DNA from: Rhina ancylostomus | Lineage: Eukaryota | Direction of reading: 5' to 3' | DNA: 64,000 bases | Assembly (NCBI GenBank): GCA_030265395.1 | Contig: JARFYF010000058.1 | Span: 13,703,194 to 13,767,193, forward strand | In this document: piece after piece, positions 14,295 to 27,574 of the stretch | How the letters are laid out: every line of letters begins with the position of its first letter | Position numbering within the stretch: position 1 is the stretch's first letter | Notes under the pieces: model-generated | Database searches by the model: none | Told to the model about the DNA's origin: nothing | The model's input: the letters and a program-made list of their open reading frames with translations, nothing else | Position numbers and translations under genes: made by a program

Positions 14295-14645
14295 AATAGT
14301 GGTAGTGCAGTGGTTAAATTACTGGACTAGTACGTCAGAAACCAGATAAACAATTCAGAGGCTAGGTTCTAATCCCATCATGGCAGCTGTAGAATTTAAA
14401 TTCATTTAATAATCTGACATTTAAGAGTTAGCAGTAATGACCAGCCAAAATATCCATGATAAAAATGCAACTGGTTCACTTATATCTTTTTTAAGAGGGA
14501 ATCTACCATCCTTCTCCTCCAGACTCAATGTAATTGACTCTTAAATACCCTCTCAAATGGCCTAGCAATCCACTCAGTTTAATGGCAATTAGCAATGGGC
14601 AAAAAAAAAGCCACCTTTTATGCCAATGAGCAGATCATGAAAAAT
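14295..14645 (+). mobile_element. tRNA-derived SINE
   Basis: A-box-like ggtagtgcagtggttaa and B-box-like ggttctaatccc followed by a SINE body. Confidence 0.55.
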
Positions 14646-14874
14646 GAAGAAAGTCATAAAATTGTAAAGTTTTTTCCTCAATGTGTTGATTTTATTAGAG
14701 AAAGCTTCAACTGTGCAACTAAGGAGCAAGAATTCATTTATACTCCCAAGTCTTTGTCACATTTCCTCTATTATTATTAGTTCCAATAGTTATAGTTCTT
14801 TTTGTCCATCACCTGGAAAATTAACCAGTTCAAATATCACCTATGAACCAAATTTAACTCCCATAATGCCATAC

Positions 14875-17800
14875 CTAAAAGTTGTAGCTGCAGATGTGAA
14901 GTAGGTGTGCCTTCCCAAGTTTCTTCATAATTTTCCTCCCAGGTTTCAGATGCAGACAAATTTAAAGCATTTTTTTGTTTGTGTTGTGTCTTATGGCTCT
15001 TTTTTGGTTGTGGACTGGGATCAGGGGATGAGCCATCAGAATGAGAAGAAAACAAGTCCGGAGATTCTTCAGACTCTTGGCTTGGGGAAAGGGATTCATT
15101 TTGCGGACAACTTATACCTTTGCTCTCATTCAATTTATTTGCTCCAGTGAAAACTGGCTTTCTAATTTCTGTATTATGATTTGGCAAAGAAGAGTTTTGA
15201 TCCTGGGAGCCTTTTAAAGACAGACAAATTTTATTTAAGGGACTCTGTGATACTGACTGAGTTTTTGAACCCGATTTGTTAAATCCAAATATCTGAAAAC
15301 AAGGCAAGTCTTCATCACTTGTTTCAGATTCTGAAGTTGACAATTTTATTGGTCGCTTCTTCCAGCCTCTAGTCTGACCTTGAGAATAGCTTTGCAAGCT
15401 GCCGTTCAGTTCTTCTGCCATTTCTTCATTCGGCTTTAGCTGTTTGTGATCCTCTCTCATTTCACAGTCATTCTGCATTTCATCCAGCTCACTGACTGCA
15501 TTTTTTGCAATATTTTTACAGAAGCTCACCTTAGCAGAGTCAAATAGCTCATCAGGAGTTGCAGAGATCATTTGCAAATTCTCACCAACTTTATTTCCTG
15601 CAGCACTGCTTTCCTCTGCATTAGGAAAGACAAACCGAGAATGGCAACTTGCTCCATCAGCTAATTTAACCAATTCACTTTCTACATCTTTAGTAACTCC
15701 TTGAGGTAATTCATTGTTTTCATAAAACTCTTTCTGTCTTAGCAATTTATCCAATTCTCTCTTTTGGTAAGTATCTTTTTCAATCCCTTCAAACTGGTCC
15801 CCAGCTGAAAATAATTCAATTTCTGGATGGACATTGGATTCAAGCTCTGGATCCAAAACACTCTGAACATCTTGGTCAATAACTCTATCTTTAACTGGAT
15901 TTGTAGCTTTAAGCCAAGAATTGTTGTTTATGTTGCTATTTAAGTGCTCACCAGTTTGGCTTGATCTATCAGAATCAAATTCTTCTTTCTCTGTAGAAGC
16001 CAAAGTACTACTTTTTGATCCTTTTTTTCTGAGCAACCTGTTATTACTTTTCCCCTTTGTCCGACTTGAAAGAGGCACCATCTGCTGACCGTGCTCTGGA
16101 AGTACAGGTGGAAGAGGTGAAGATGCTGTTGGAGGAACAATTTCAACAGAATCTCGATCTGCCCTGTTCAATTGCTCAATGTCATTATCCAACTCTTGAG
16201 AGCACTGCTTAGCTTTGGCCTCATTGGCAACCAGTTTTTCTTTGATCCCAGAAGCAGTTTTATCTAAATTCACTTTTCCAGTTTTTTGCTGTGTAACAAA
16301 GTTTCTGTCACCCTTCCAATTTACAGCAGCTCCTTTATCCGTCTCCTTAGATTTACCAGCAGACTCACGCTGGGAAGCTGGAGCTGCTTGGCACCCACCT
16401 TGCATAGATCGACGACCTGCAGCTGGCAAAAGAATAAATGATCTCCGTTTTGCTAACTTAAAAGATTTTAGAAGCTGTTCAGTGTCCACTTCACTGTCTC
16501 CAGTAGTCTCCTTCATTCTGGTCTGTTTTGTAGACACTTCCTCACCGCTGCTTTCTTCACTGCTCATGGTTGCTACTCTTGAATGGTTCCCAGACAAAAA
16601 CGTTGTATCATTTGAGCTCAACTTTCCAACTTCTGGACAATTGGAATGGAGATTCTGACCATCATGTTCTCTCTCAGGAACATGCTGTGGTGCCAGCAAC
16701 AGGACACTGGCCTCTGAGCCTGAGTCCTGTGAGTGTGTGCCAGAAGCTATTGTGACAGGTGAATGATTAGAAGACAAAGGATGTTTAGCCAGCAGTGCAG
16801 CATTACCAGTTTCTGCTGTTTTATCACACACCATTAATTGTTCTTCCACATCTCCTGATAACCCAAGTGCAGAGCCATCTTCAAGTTTTTCTACTACACA
16901 GTTTCCACAAGAAGCTGCAAACTTTTCATTTGAACAATTAACATTAGATAACTGCTTACTGTGGTCTTGGGCTATAATATCCTGCATAGTTAAACTTTCA
17001 GTTTCTACACACAAATCTGTATCAGTGTTTTCCACATTCTGCTCTGGAGGTACAACATCTACTCCAGTCCCGAGTTGTGAATGCAACCTGGTCAATTCAG
17101 AATTCTTGCTCATGCTTTTGCCTTCCATGATTAACTTTTCATCCAGAAGCTTCAGCCTACAGCTTCTTCTGGTCATCCTCATTTCTAGTTCTGTTTTCAC
17201 AGGTTCTTCACTACTGGGGAAACTGTCAATCTTGTTTTCATTCAAATCAGTTGGGCTGCTTCTGGGAGTTGCTGTTTCAAGATGGTTGACAAGTTGCAAA
17301 GGTTTAGATCTTTTCTTGGTCTGTTTTGCTGATGACTTTTCTTTTTTGCCTAAAACTTTGTTCATGTTTTTCTTGCTTTCAGCATCAGCCTTGGCCACCT
17401 TCAAATCAGGCTGTTGCAGATTTTGCATACAGTCTTCCACCAAATGCCCAGTTTCCATCATCTCACTACAAACAGCAGCTTCTACTGGAGTGGCAACAAT
17501 GGGCTTGTCCTCTTTACTATCAGATTGTTCTTCTCTCAATCCTTCATTTGTCTCAGTTTCAATGATCTGAGGCACAAGAACATGTTCCTGATCAATTTGG
17601 GTGTTTACATTCCAAACACCATCAACATGATAATCATCATTAACTGGCATCTTTATAAAGTCTTCAGGATACAATCCATTGCTTCTTGTTCTTTTATGAG
17701 TTTTATTGCAACTAATCTCTAAGTCAGGTTCTCTGTGGGTCTGTACATCATCACTTTTGTTTTCAGATCTAAAACTCCAGTTTACAGGAGCACTCTTTCT

Positions 17801-18622
17801 TTTGTCTCTCTTATAGGTTTTCGCAAATACTTTANNNNNNNNNNNNNNNNNNNNNNNNNNNNNNNNNNNNNNNNNNNNNNNNNNNNNNNNNNNNNNNNNN
17901 NNNNNNNNNNNNNNNNNNNNNNNNNNNNNNNNNNAATACTTTATTTTCAACACCAGTTACCAATGCTTTTGTTACATTTCTGTCATCTTTTAAGGGTGAT
18001 GCAAGAGGATCATATTCAACTTTTTCAGTATCATCTGAACTAGAAGCTTCTTCACAATATGCAAAATGGCTCTCTTTTTCTGCTAAAGAATCTGAATCAG
18101 TGTTCTGGTCACATGGATTAGATTCAAAACCAAGCCTTGTCACCTCATCAACGTTAATTTTTGATAACCATTCACTGACTTTTCTGATAATTCTCTGGCT
18201 TTTTCTCTTGGACACTTTTGGAGCTGATGAACAATTAGATTCATTCCTATCTTTCTGAAAATCAGTTTTATCTCCGACTGCCCAATTAGAATCTTGCTGA
18301 TTAACATCCTCCTGGTTATCCAATACGTCCAAGTCTTTTTTCAACATATTACTGTCTGAAGGCAATGGCACCAGATTGTCAGTGAAAAGCTCTCTTCCAT
18401 CAGTGCAATTTTCTGTATTCACCATTGTTGCAGCATGATGCATGATTTTTTCATTGACATTGTCAACTGGAGACCCAAGAATCTCTCTGGGTGCCTCTGG
18501 GCTACAGAAGCTACTTTCAGATTTGTTCTCAGTCATTTGTTTTAGTCCTGCCTCAGATTCAGTTGCATAGGAATAATCGCCAGCATCAGTGTTTGCAGTA
18601 TCTTCTGACACTTCATTATCAT
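14875..18622 (-). CDS. BRCA1: BRCA1 giant exon 11 equivalent (contains a spurious 100-N gap)
   Basis: ORFs 17832..18611 and 14837..17953. Motifs KVSEWLSK, ENKVFAKTYKR, GLYPEDFIK, FKLAKRRSF, TPDELFD, DEDLPCFQ and LFSS match human exon-11 conserved blocks. Acceptor ttgtag|, donor G|gtatgg. Confidence 0.95.
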
Positions 18623-19259
18623 CTACAAATTAAAGACATTTTCAAACACAATCACTAAGGGTTAGATTTGATTGACATTTTGGTCTTTAATCTCTTACTC
18701 GAGTATGTACATCCTTAAAGTCAAATTTAAAGCCTCAGACAATATTTTCCCCTTTTACCTATAAAAACAAAATTGAAAGTAATCTACCAGTTCTCAGCTT
18801 GGTGAACATTAACTTAATTTGATGACAGACAGAACAAGTCATAAAGATCACCATTTTCAAATGATCATATCTGGAGGATTAGTGCTAACTGATAGCTATG
18901 CAACTATAATGAATAGAATCTGTTTATACCTTCCAAGAGCAGAAATCCCTTGGTCTTGCTTTTTGAGACCAGGCACACAAATCTAATCACAGTGAATACC
19001 TGTGATACTTAAATCCATTATAATCTGATCAAATGCTTTTGTGGATTAAACATTTGTGTTACAATAAACATACCTCATAAGAGGGATTTTTTTTCTGAAA
19101 TGTATACTATTGAAACATTTGCCTATACTTTTGCTACCTTCAGATTAAATGAATGTAATGCTCTGTCTCCCTTCCTCCAAGTTTCAACCTAGTAAGAATT
19201 CAGACAATTGTCATTTCCCATGTTCCACACTAATTCCCCCTTATCAATGATTCCAACCT

Positions 19260-21200
19260 TCAATAATCCACTAGTTTCTCATTCCCCAAGCTCCAAATCT
19301 ATCCATCTCAAAGTTGAATACACTGAGAGACAGATCCTCTACAGCCCTCTTGGGTTGACAATTTGTAAGGTTTACTAGCTTCTGGGTGAAACTTCTTCTC
19401 ATCTATCCCCACTGGCTACTCCCTAATTTTAAGGCTGATGGATCGACACACACCAGCCATGGGAAATGTCATCCCTGCATGCAATTGGTCAAGTCCAAAA
19501 TGGATTCTGTATGTTTCAAAGAATTATACATTATTCTTCTAAACTCTTAGTTGGTCTAGATTATTTAATCTCTTGTCATAGGACATAGCCACCATAAGGC
19601 TGGTATCAATATGGTGAACTTTTGTTACCAATTTTGTTTAATAATTCTGTGTGGTACATTAAAAGCCTTTTGAAGTCCAAATTCATCGCATCCAATGGTT
19701 CCCTATTGTCTATCCTGCTAGTTACAACCTCGAAAAAACTTGTCAAATATGATTTTCCCTCCTCAAGCCTATTGTTAGTTTCTAGGTACCCCATTATCAC
19801 TTCCTTAAAAACAGAAACTTGCAATTTCCCCACTACTGATACTAGGCTAAAAGCTCCTTCTCTCCTTACTTTCTTCAATAATGGGGTTACATTCACTATT
19901 TTCCAATCCATAGGAACAGTTCTAGAATCAATGGAACTTTAGGGATCGACAGCAAGTGTATTCGCCACCTTCAAGCCACGTCCCAGAAGCTTGGGATGCA
20001 GATCTTTGGGTCCTGAGGATGCATTAGCTTTCAGTACCTTAATTTCTCCAATACTATCTGATTTTACTGATATTAATTTCTTAACTCTTCACTCATGCTG
20101 GAGCTGTTATTCACCATTTCTAGGTGGGTTTCTGTGAAAACAGTAATATATTTGATTTCTCTGCCATTTCCTTTTTTCCCCCTTATAATAATTTCTCAGT
20201 TTGTCTCAGTATCTGTGGTACCCTTGTTAACCTAGCTAGTCTTTTCCTTTACCACATTTCTAGCAAACAGCCCGGTTTATGTTTCTTGCCAGATTACTCT
20301 CAAGCTCTATTTCCTCTTTCCTGTTCAGTGACTTGGTTGTACTTTGCCATACCCTGAACTATCTACCAATCTTTATATTCATTGATTTTTGGCAACATTG
20401 CAAGCTTGTTTTCTTTGATCAATACCATCTTTCAGCCATAGCTAGACCACTTTTCTCATGCATTATAAACAACTATTAATAGTACAAACGATATGTTATG
20501 ACAGTGATCAAGCAATGGCTAAAATTTAATTTAGTTTCCAAATCTACTACTGCCAACTCACACCACATAGCCTGGTAGTTTATTTAGATTTGAAACCCTG
20601 GTTTCAGATTGCACTAAATCACCTTCAATCTTGATCGAAAATTTTCTCATGAGCACTCTCCCCAAATGGCCCTTTAACTACCAGGATTATTGATAAATGC
20701 TGACAATTGCACAATGCTAGTTTTAAAACAGCTAATTCCAGTGTTGGATCCTNNNNNNNNNNGATCTAGGAAACCAACTCTTATACATTATACAAATTAA
20801 TCTTGCACATTATGACTAACTAGTTTTGCGCATTCTATGCAGATCAAAATTGCCTACGATTATTATCCTTGTTCCACACATTTTCTCTGTGCCGTACAAT
20901 TGCTACAGATAGAGGACCTATAGATAACTTAATATTTTCTAAGTCTTGCTGTTTCTGAGCTCTATTCACATTGATTCTGATTCTATCTCGAGTTTGAGAT
21001 AAGAACCTCTCTCTCAACTTCTCTTATCATCAGGGCTACCCATCTTTTCCATTTGACCCATTTCTTCCAATGAAGTGTCCAGGAATTTTTAATTCCAAAA
21101 CATTGTCACACTGCAATCAGATGGTTATTAGATCTTATTTATTTTTACTTATGCCATTAATTCATCAGTCTTGTTATCCAAATGTACGCAGCATTCATAA
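19260..21200 (-). mobile_element. Degraded CR1 LINE
   Basis: ORF 19606..19911 (DWKIVNVTPLLKK...SLVSVVGKL...LDFKR) is CR1 ORF2-like. Confidence 0.75.
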
Positions 21201-22036
21201 AGACTCCTCAGTTTTGCCTTTTTAACAGTGTTCCGATCCTCTAAGGATNNNNNNNNNNNNNNNNNNNNNNNNNNNNNNNNNNNNNNNNNNNNNNNNNNNN
21301 NNNNNNNNNNNNNNNNNNNNNNNNNNNNNNNNNNNNNNNNNNNNNNNNNNNNNNNNNNNNNNNNNNNNNNNNNATGCCAAGTATTTTTTTTTTGTACTTG
21401 TATAACTTTTGGGGATTCTAGGAATTTGGGAGATTATAAAGGGAAGAAGAAAGGTCTTAAATCAAACATTACAGCCATTACACAATCATAAAAATTAAAA
21501 TGGGAAAACATGAGCAGCTGGCCTTTCAATATACTTCTTAAAAGTGTAAGCCCAATTTAAGTAATTGGTTAGTCTTTCAAAATGGAACTGATTAACGTCC
21601 TTTAAAACATCCTAAAGGAAGATTAAGTCGGTAAATTTTCACCCTAGCCCTTGAAGTTAATTGAACGAAACCTACAGAATAGCAATCAATTCTACGTGCT
21701 TCAATGATACCAGGTACTTCTGTAAAATATTGATCAGAGTACAGCTATCAAAGAAAAATTAGAAAGAGGTAGTTATGTACATTACAATGACACCATCAGT
21801 GCAGCAGCCATTAGATTCCAAAGATAATTAATCATGTCTCTCTTTCTTAAACTTTAATCAATTTCCCTCCATTTAAAGAAAAAGCTGTTCCATAGCAGTA
21901 GCACTTTTCACCAAAAAGATGCTACAGGCGAGGACAGGAAAGGAGCAAACTCTGGCACTGAGATTGTGCAGAAAGACATAATTAATCAATGAAAGCAATG
22001 GTTTGTTCTGAAAACAGGAAAAATAAATGGGCATGT

Positions 22037-22084
22037 GACTCTTGGATTAAGAATCCCATACCCTACTAACTGAGCTAGCCAAGC
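22037..22084 (-). pseudogene. tRNA-Lys(CTT)-derived 5' fragment (truncated pseudogene)
   Basis: GCTTGGCTAGCTCAGTTAGTAGGGTATGGGATTCTTAATCCAAGAGTC matches the recalled vertebrate tRNA-Lys-CTT at about 39/48 positions. T-arm and 3' acceptor strand are absent. Confidence 0.7.
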
Positions 22085-22364
22085 ACTTGGGTAAAGTATA
22101 TTTGTAGCTATNNNNNNNNNNNNNNNNNNNNNNNNNNNNNNNNNNNNNNNNNNNNNNNNNNNNNNNNNNNNNNNNNNNNNNNNNNNNNNNNNNNNNNNNN
22201 NNNNNNNNNNNNNNNNNNNNNNNNNNNNNNNNNNNNNNNNNNNNNNNNNNNNNNNNNNNNNNNNNNNNNNNNNNNNNNNNNNNNNNNNNNNNNNNNNNNN
22301 NNNNNNNNNNNNNNNNNNNNNNNNNNNNAGCAAACTGTGAAATGCAGATCAGATTTGTTTACTG

Positions 22365-23170
22365 AAACCAAAAAGAGAATGCTGGAAATGTTCAGCAGAT
22401 CGACAGTGTCTTTGTAGTGTGAAAAACTGAGTTACTACTATAAATAGATAACCTGATAACAGAACCAGCCAATCGTGACAAAAATAGAAAAAGTAAATTG
22501 TCTAAAATTGTTGAAATGGACAAAGTGGCAAAGGCTGCAATGTGTTCAGATCGAAGATGACAAGCTGCTCCTCACATCAGGCTTCGTTGAAATGGTATAG
22601 GAGGGAAATCACGAACAGATGTCATTGTGGGAAGAAGAATTAAAGGATATTCAAGGATGGAGAATGAAAGGCAACTGGAAACTCAGGATCACCTCTGCAG
22701 ACTCTACAGAGCTGCTCTGCAAAGTAGTCACCCCACCTGCATTTCATTTTTCCCCAATGTAGAGAAGCCCACATTGTGAGCTCAAATGGAATCTGGAATA
22801 GCTTTTTGTGTTTCTGGATGCTGGAATGGCAAGAGGTAAAAGAGCATGTGCTCTATCTCAGTTGCATGGGGAAGTACTGGGGAGGTAGAGGAAAGAATCA
22901 GAAGCAGAGAAGGGAATGGGAGAGAAGGATGGAATCTCATTAAAGGAGTCAAATTGTAGAGGAGGATCCAATGAATGCAAAGGATGATCAGATAGGAGAG
23001 GACAAGGAGAACCCTATCCTTGCTCTGGCCGAGGAGAAAGGTTGAATAAAGGTACAGGAAATAGATGAGATGCTGTTGAAAGCTCTATCAACTACAAAGG
23101 GGGTAAACTTATGGCTAAGTGACAGGGAGCAAGCTTATGGTTAAGGGACGAGGATGAAATGTCAGAGGCA
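22365..23170 (-). mobile_element. Penelope-like retroelement fragment (GIY-YIG)
   Basis: The minus strand near 22700-22785 reads SQCGLLYIG...GDYFAEQL, typical of a Penelope GIY-YIG endonuclease; a terminal motif lies at 22370-22440. Confidence 0.7.
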
Positions 23171-23229
23171 CCTCTCTATTCTGCTGATGTGGCATCTGCA
23201 GTATTTTGCGTTCAAATTACTGGTTTTAG

Positions 23230-25295
23230 AGAATGTTTACAATATAGAAGGCCATTTGGCCCATCAAGTCCATACTAGCTCTATGCAACCAATTAAAGGT
23301 CATCTCTAGGTTATAGCACAGTTCAGTTCTTGTGAACTGTTTGGATTACACACAGTTCATAAGTGATAAATATGGCTGTAAACCAAGTTCCCAGGTAGCA
23401 GAATTTGCCTGCAGTCTCACAGCAGCTGGTAAATCCATCCTACCAGTCTCTCAAACGTTCATATGTAGGGCTGTACATAGGTCAGGCTTCTTGTAAGCTA
23501 GGGAGGACCTGTATCCCACAACACACACTTTCCCCAGATCCCTACAATTTAATTCTTTTCAGATAATTGTAACATTTAAAAGGGAGCTGGATAAACAAGT
23601 CTGCCTCTCCTACTATCCCCCACATTCTGGACTCTAATCCTTCACTTCATCAAAAACTGTTCTCCTTTCTTCTTATCTTAGTTTTGGTTCTTTTGTCAAG
23701 TTCATTCATTCTTTTTCTCATGTTCCTTGATCACTATGCCATTGGGAACAGCTTCTTTTTATCTACATTGTTCATGTTTTTAAATACCTCCAGCTGATTC
23801 CCTCACACCCTGGTCTCTTCAGTCTAACCAAGTAACTAAAGTCCCTCTTACATAAAAACATTTTAAAATCTGCAAACTCATTAAAACCTTGAACTAGACA
23901 CAATATTCCAGATGCGGATGAACTAATGTATTATTTTCCCCGTTTTATCGGGCACTAACCTAATACTTTGGAACATCACATGGCTGACTTTCGATTCCAT
24001 CGTGATATCCTGGTATTCTATTCCTTCATTTACAAAGCTCAGAATCCTCTGTACTTTTTTCCTTAAAAACAAAAATTATTATCAACCTGCCCTGCGATTT
24101 TCAACAAGCAATGCATTTATATGGCCAAATCCCTGTTCTTGTACCCCTTGTAGAGTCGTCTCCTCTGGTTTATTCTTCCTGCCAAAATGTAGCACCTCAC
24201 ATTTCTCAGCTGAGTGCTTCCAGCATTTTCAGTTTTTATTTCAATTTTTTCCCAATATATGCAGTTTTTTTGATTTTCATCCATCCCATCAGCTTATCTC
24301 CTTGAAGTCTTTTACCAATCTGCTTTGCAGTTTGCTACATCTTCATGTTTTGCATCATCTGCAAATATGGAAATTGTGCCTTGTACACTCAAGTTCAAGT
24401 CATTAAAATATATTAAGTAGTTGTCATAGTAGCAATTGCCGGGGATCTCCATTTTCATCATTGCCATTTCTAGTTACTTTAACCAATTTTCTAACCTAAC
24501 TGCTGCAACATCATCTTATTCCATAGGCTTCAAATCTGGATGACAACCCTACTGAGGCACCTTGTAAAATGCCTCTTGAAAGTCAATAATAAAATTCAAT
24601 CATGTTTCCCTCACCAAGTAACTCCATTAAGTTATTTAAGCATGATTTGCCTTTAAGAAACCCATGATGATTTTCTTCAATCAATCCAGACTTGTCTAAG
24701 TCACTGCTAATTCTGTTGCTAATTCTTGTTTTGGGAGCAAGGTTAAACTTTCTGATCTATGTTATCAAGTTTATCCCTGCACTTTTTTTAGAACAAGGTT
24801 GTATACCATTTGCAATTTCCTGGTGCTCCTCTGAATCTAAAGATGTTTCAAAGATTACTCCTGGGTCCCTGCACTTCCGCCACTACTTCGCTCAACAAAC
24901 GAGAAAGCATTCCATCTGGACCAGGTAATTATCTGCTTTCAGAGCAACTGGCCATCTGGTGTCTGTTCTATTGATTCTTAGCCCATCCAGAATCTCATCC
25001 ACATCTCCCTTTATTGAGTCTTCTTTATCACCACTTTATGGTTTTCTTTTTGCACATCTCCAAGTTCCCTGCAAACCTGTTCTTCAATATACTTCCCACT
25101 AGCTGGTGGCCAACCAGACAGTCAGAGTAATCGCACCCACTATTGCTTCTCAGTTCTAAACAAAGAAATGCTGTCCTTCATTGTTGCAAAACATTTTTGC
25201 TTTCCAGCACTGCAATATTATTCCTAAGCAATACTCCCACCCAACTTTCTTTCTTACCTTCCCTGAACATGTATCCAGGAATAATTAGACCCCAT
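23230..25295 (-). mobile_element. Degraded CR1 LINE
   Basis: Reverse-oriented RT and endonuclease remnants (e.g. WGLIIPGYMFREGKKESWVGVLLRNNI). Confidence 0.6.
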
Positions 25296-25420
25296 TNNNN
25301 NNNNNNNNNNNNNNNNNNNNNNNNNNNNNNNNNNNNNNNNNNNNNNNNNNNNNNNNNNNNNNNNNNNNNNNNNNNNNNNNNNNNNNNNNNNNNNNNNNNN
25401 NNNNNNNNNNNNNNNNNNNN

Positions 25421-26270
25421 TGACAATCAGGAAGATTGTCTAATGTTACAATAGGATCTGGATCAATAGGGTAAGTTGGTGAAAGAACATTAAATGGAAT
25501 TACTCAGGCAAGTGTGAAGTGATGCATTTTGGGAAGTTAAACAAGAGCAGGACATACACAGAGAATGGCAGGGCCCTAGGGAGTTTTGCAGAACAGAAAG
25601 ATCTAGGGATTAAAGTACATAGTTCCCTGAAAGTAACATCACAGGTAGACAGAATGAAGGCAGCGTACGGCATGCTTACCTTCATTAGTATGAGAATAGG
25701 GATGTCACATTATAGCTGTACAAAACGTTGGTGAGATCATACCTGGAATAGTGTGTGCAGTTCTGGTCACTATACGATAGGAGGGATGCGATTAAGCTAG
25801 TCGGGGTGCAGAAAAGAATCATAAGGATGTTGCCGGGACTGAGTTATAAGGAGAAGCTCGACAGGCTAGGATTACTTTCCATAGAATGGAGAAGGCCAGG
25901 GGGCGACCTCAAGAGGTATTTACAATCGTGAGGGGCACAGATAAGATGGATCATCACAGGTTTTTTTCCCCAGGGTAGGAGAGTCAAAAATGAGAAGGCA
26001 TAGGTTGAAGGTGAGGGGAAAGATTTAAAGGGCATCTGAGAGGCAAGTTTTTCCCCCACACAGAGGATGGTAGGCATATGGAACAAGCTACAAATGGTAG
26101 AGGAGGGTACAACTACAACTTTTAAAAGACATTTGGACAGGTATGTGGATCGGAAGGGGTTAGAGCTATATGGGCCAAATGCAGGCAAATGGAATTAGCT
26201 CACGAAGAGGCCTTGGTCAGCACCAAGTTGGTCTGAAGGTCCCAATTCCATCTGTATAATGCTATGACTA
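25421..26270 (+). mobile_element. CR1 LINE 3' fragment (relatively well preserved)
   Basis: Disrupted C-terminal ORF2 (KCEVMHFGKLN...EQKDLGIKVHSSLK) plus the 3' UTR (tatgggccaaatgcaggcaaatgg). Confidence 0.85.
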
Positions 26271-26399
26271 TCCCAAAGGGTTAGCTGAGCATGCCACTCA
26301 CCATCATTGCTTAATGCACTTGAGTTAATGTACATGCAGAGTAAACACTGAATTCTCCAATTTCAGCTACCTGTTCCCCTGTCCCTTTCTCTCTACTGA

Positions 26400-26740
26400 T
26401 CTAGCCAGGTCCTCCTACACACATCCAACATCCCCTCAGCTGCCCATCACCTAAACCTTTGTTTCCTCCACCTATCACCTCCCAGTCTCTGTCGCTATTT
26501 CCATCCTTCCCTCCCCCACCTGACTCCATCTGCCAATCACCCCTCACCTGGATCTACCTATCACTTGTCAGCTCTTGCCCCACACCTCACTTCTTTATAC
26601 TGGCTATCTCCCCACTACTCTCAGTTCAGATGAGGGATCCCGATCTGAAATATTGAATGTAATTTCTCTCTACAGATGCGCTCTGACCTGGCGAGTTCCT
26701 CCAGCAGTTTGTTTTTTGCTACTGATTCCAGCATCTGTAC
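26400..26740 (+). mobile_element. Penelope-like element terminus with a degenerate hammerhead motif
   Basis: Pyrimidine-rich tail followed by cagttcagatgagggatcccgatctgaaa...acagatgcgctctgacctggcgagttcctccagca. Confidence 0.6.
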
Positions 26741-27574
26741 TCCTCCATAGTAAACCCATCTTAGGTCTTGAATTTACTCTGATCCTGACTAAAAACTTCC
26801 CATTTCTTGTTCTGGTGCTATTTATCTTCTCAATCCTCGTTGCATCTTTTCTTCACCCATCCCCCCCCCCCCCCCCCGGGCCGGNNNNNNNNNNNNNNNN
26901 NNNNNNNNNNNNNNNNNNNNNNNNNNNNNNNNNNNNNNNNNNNNNNNNNNNNNNNNNNNNNNNNNNNNNNNNNNNNNNNNNNNNATATTTTCTTCACCCA
27001 TCACCCCCCCCCCCCCCACTGCCATTGTAATTTTACCTGCTAATGGGCCATAACTCTCCTCTCTACACGTTTGTGAAGGTGCAATCCATCTGGCCTATAC
27101 AGATACCAATTCCTCCTGAGTTCTTATAGCTGGAACAGACAGCATCTTACAAAATACAAGATATTCTTTAATGATAGGTTTTGATCATTTAAGAGATTCA
27201 GCACAATTCTCCAGTTTTCTTAGTGTAGCTATATGCCCAGAGGGATTTTAAAAATTGGGTTTAATCACCTCTCGGGAGATTTCATAGTTCTGAACGGATG
27301 GGAACTGCAGGAGGCAGCACCAATATATGGAGAGTATGGAATGACTAACAGGTCTTTTAACAAGCTTATCTGAAGAATGGCAATATAATGAGAGCTAATG
27401 TCTGTCAAGGATTAAAAACCAGAAAGTTCCTTTGGATAACAACTACATCGCCCTCATTCTCAAAATGATCACAACTGTTTCTTGAATCAAATATTTAATA
27501 AAGCCCAGTTCTTTGTGGCTTCTTGTGCAAAAGGAATTTAAGTATGAAGTTTTGGCAATATTGATATAACATAC

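Noticed and set aside
14905-18043. Plus-strand ORFs of 61-181 aa overlapping exon 11
   Set aside because: Antisense shadows of a long coding exon, with no recognisable protein features.
14837-18611. Two separate ORFs suggesting a frameshifted or pseudogenised BRCA1
   Set aside because: The frame change is fully explained by the 100-N gap with a 9-nt flank overlap.
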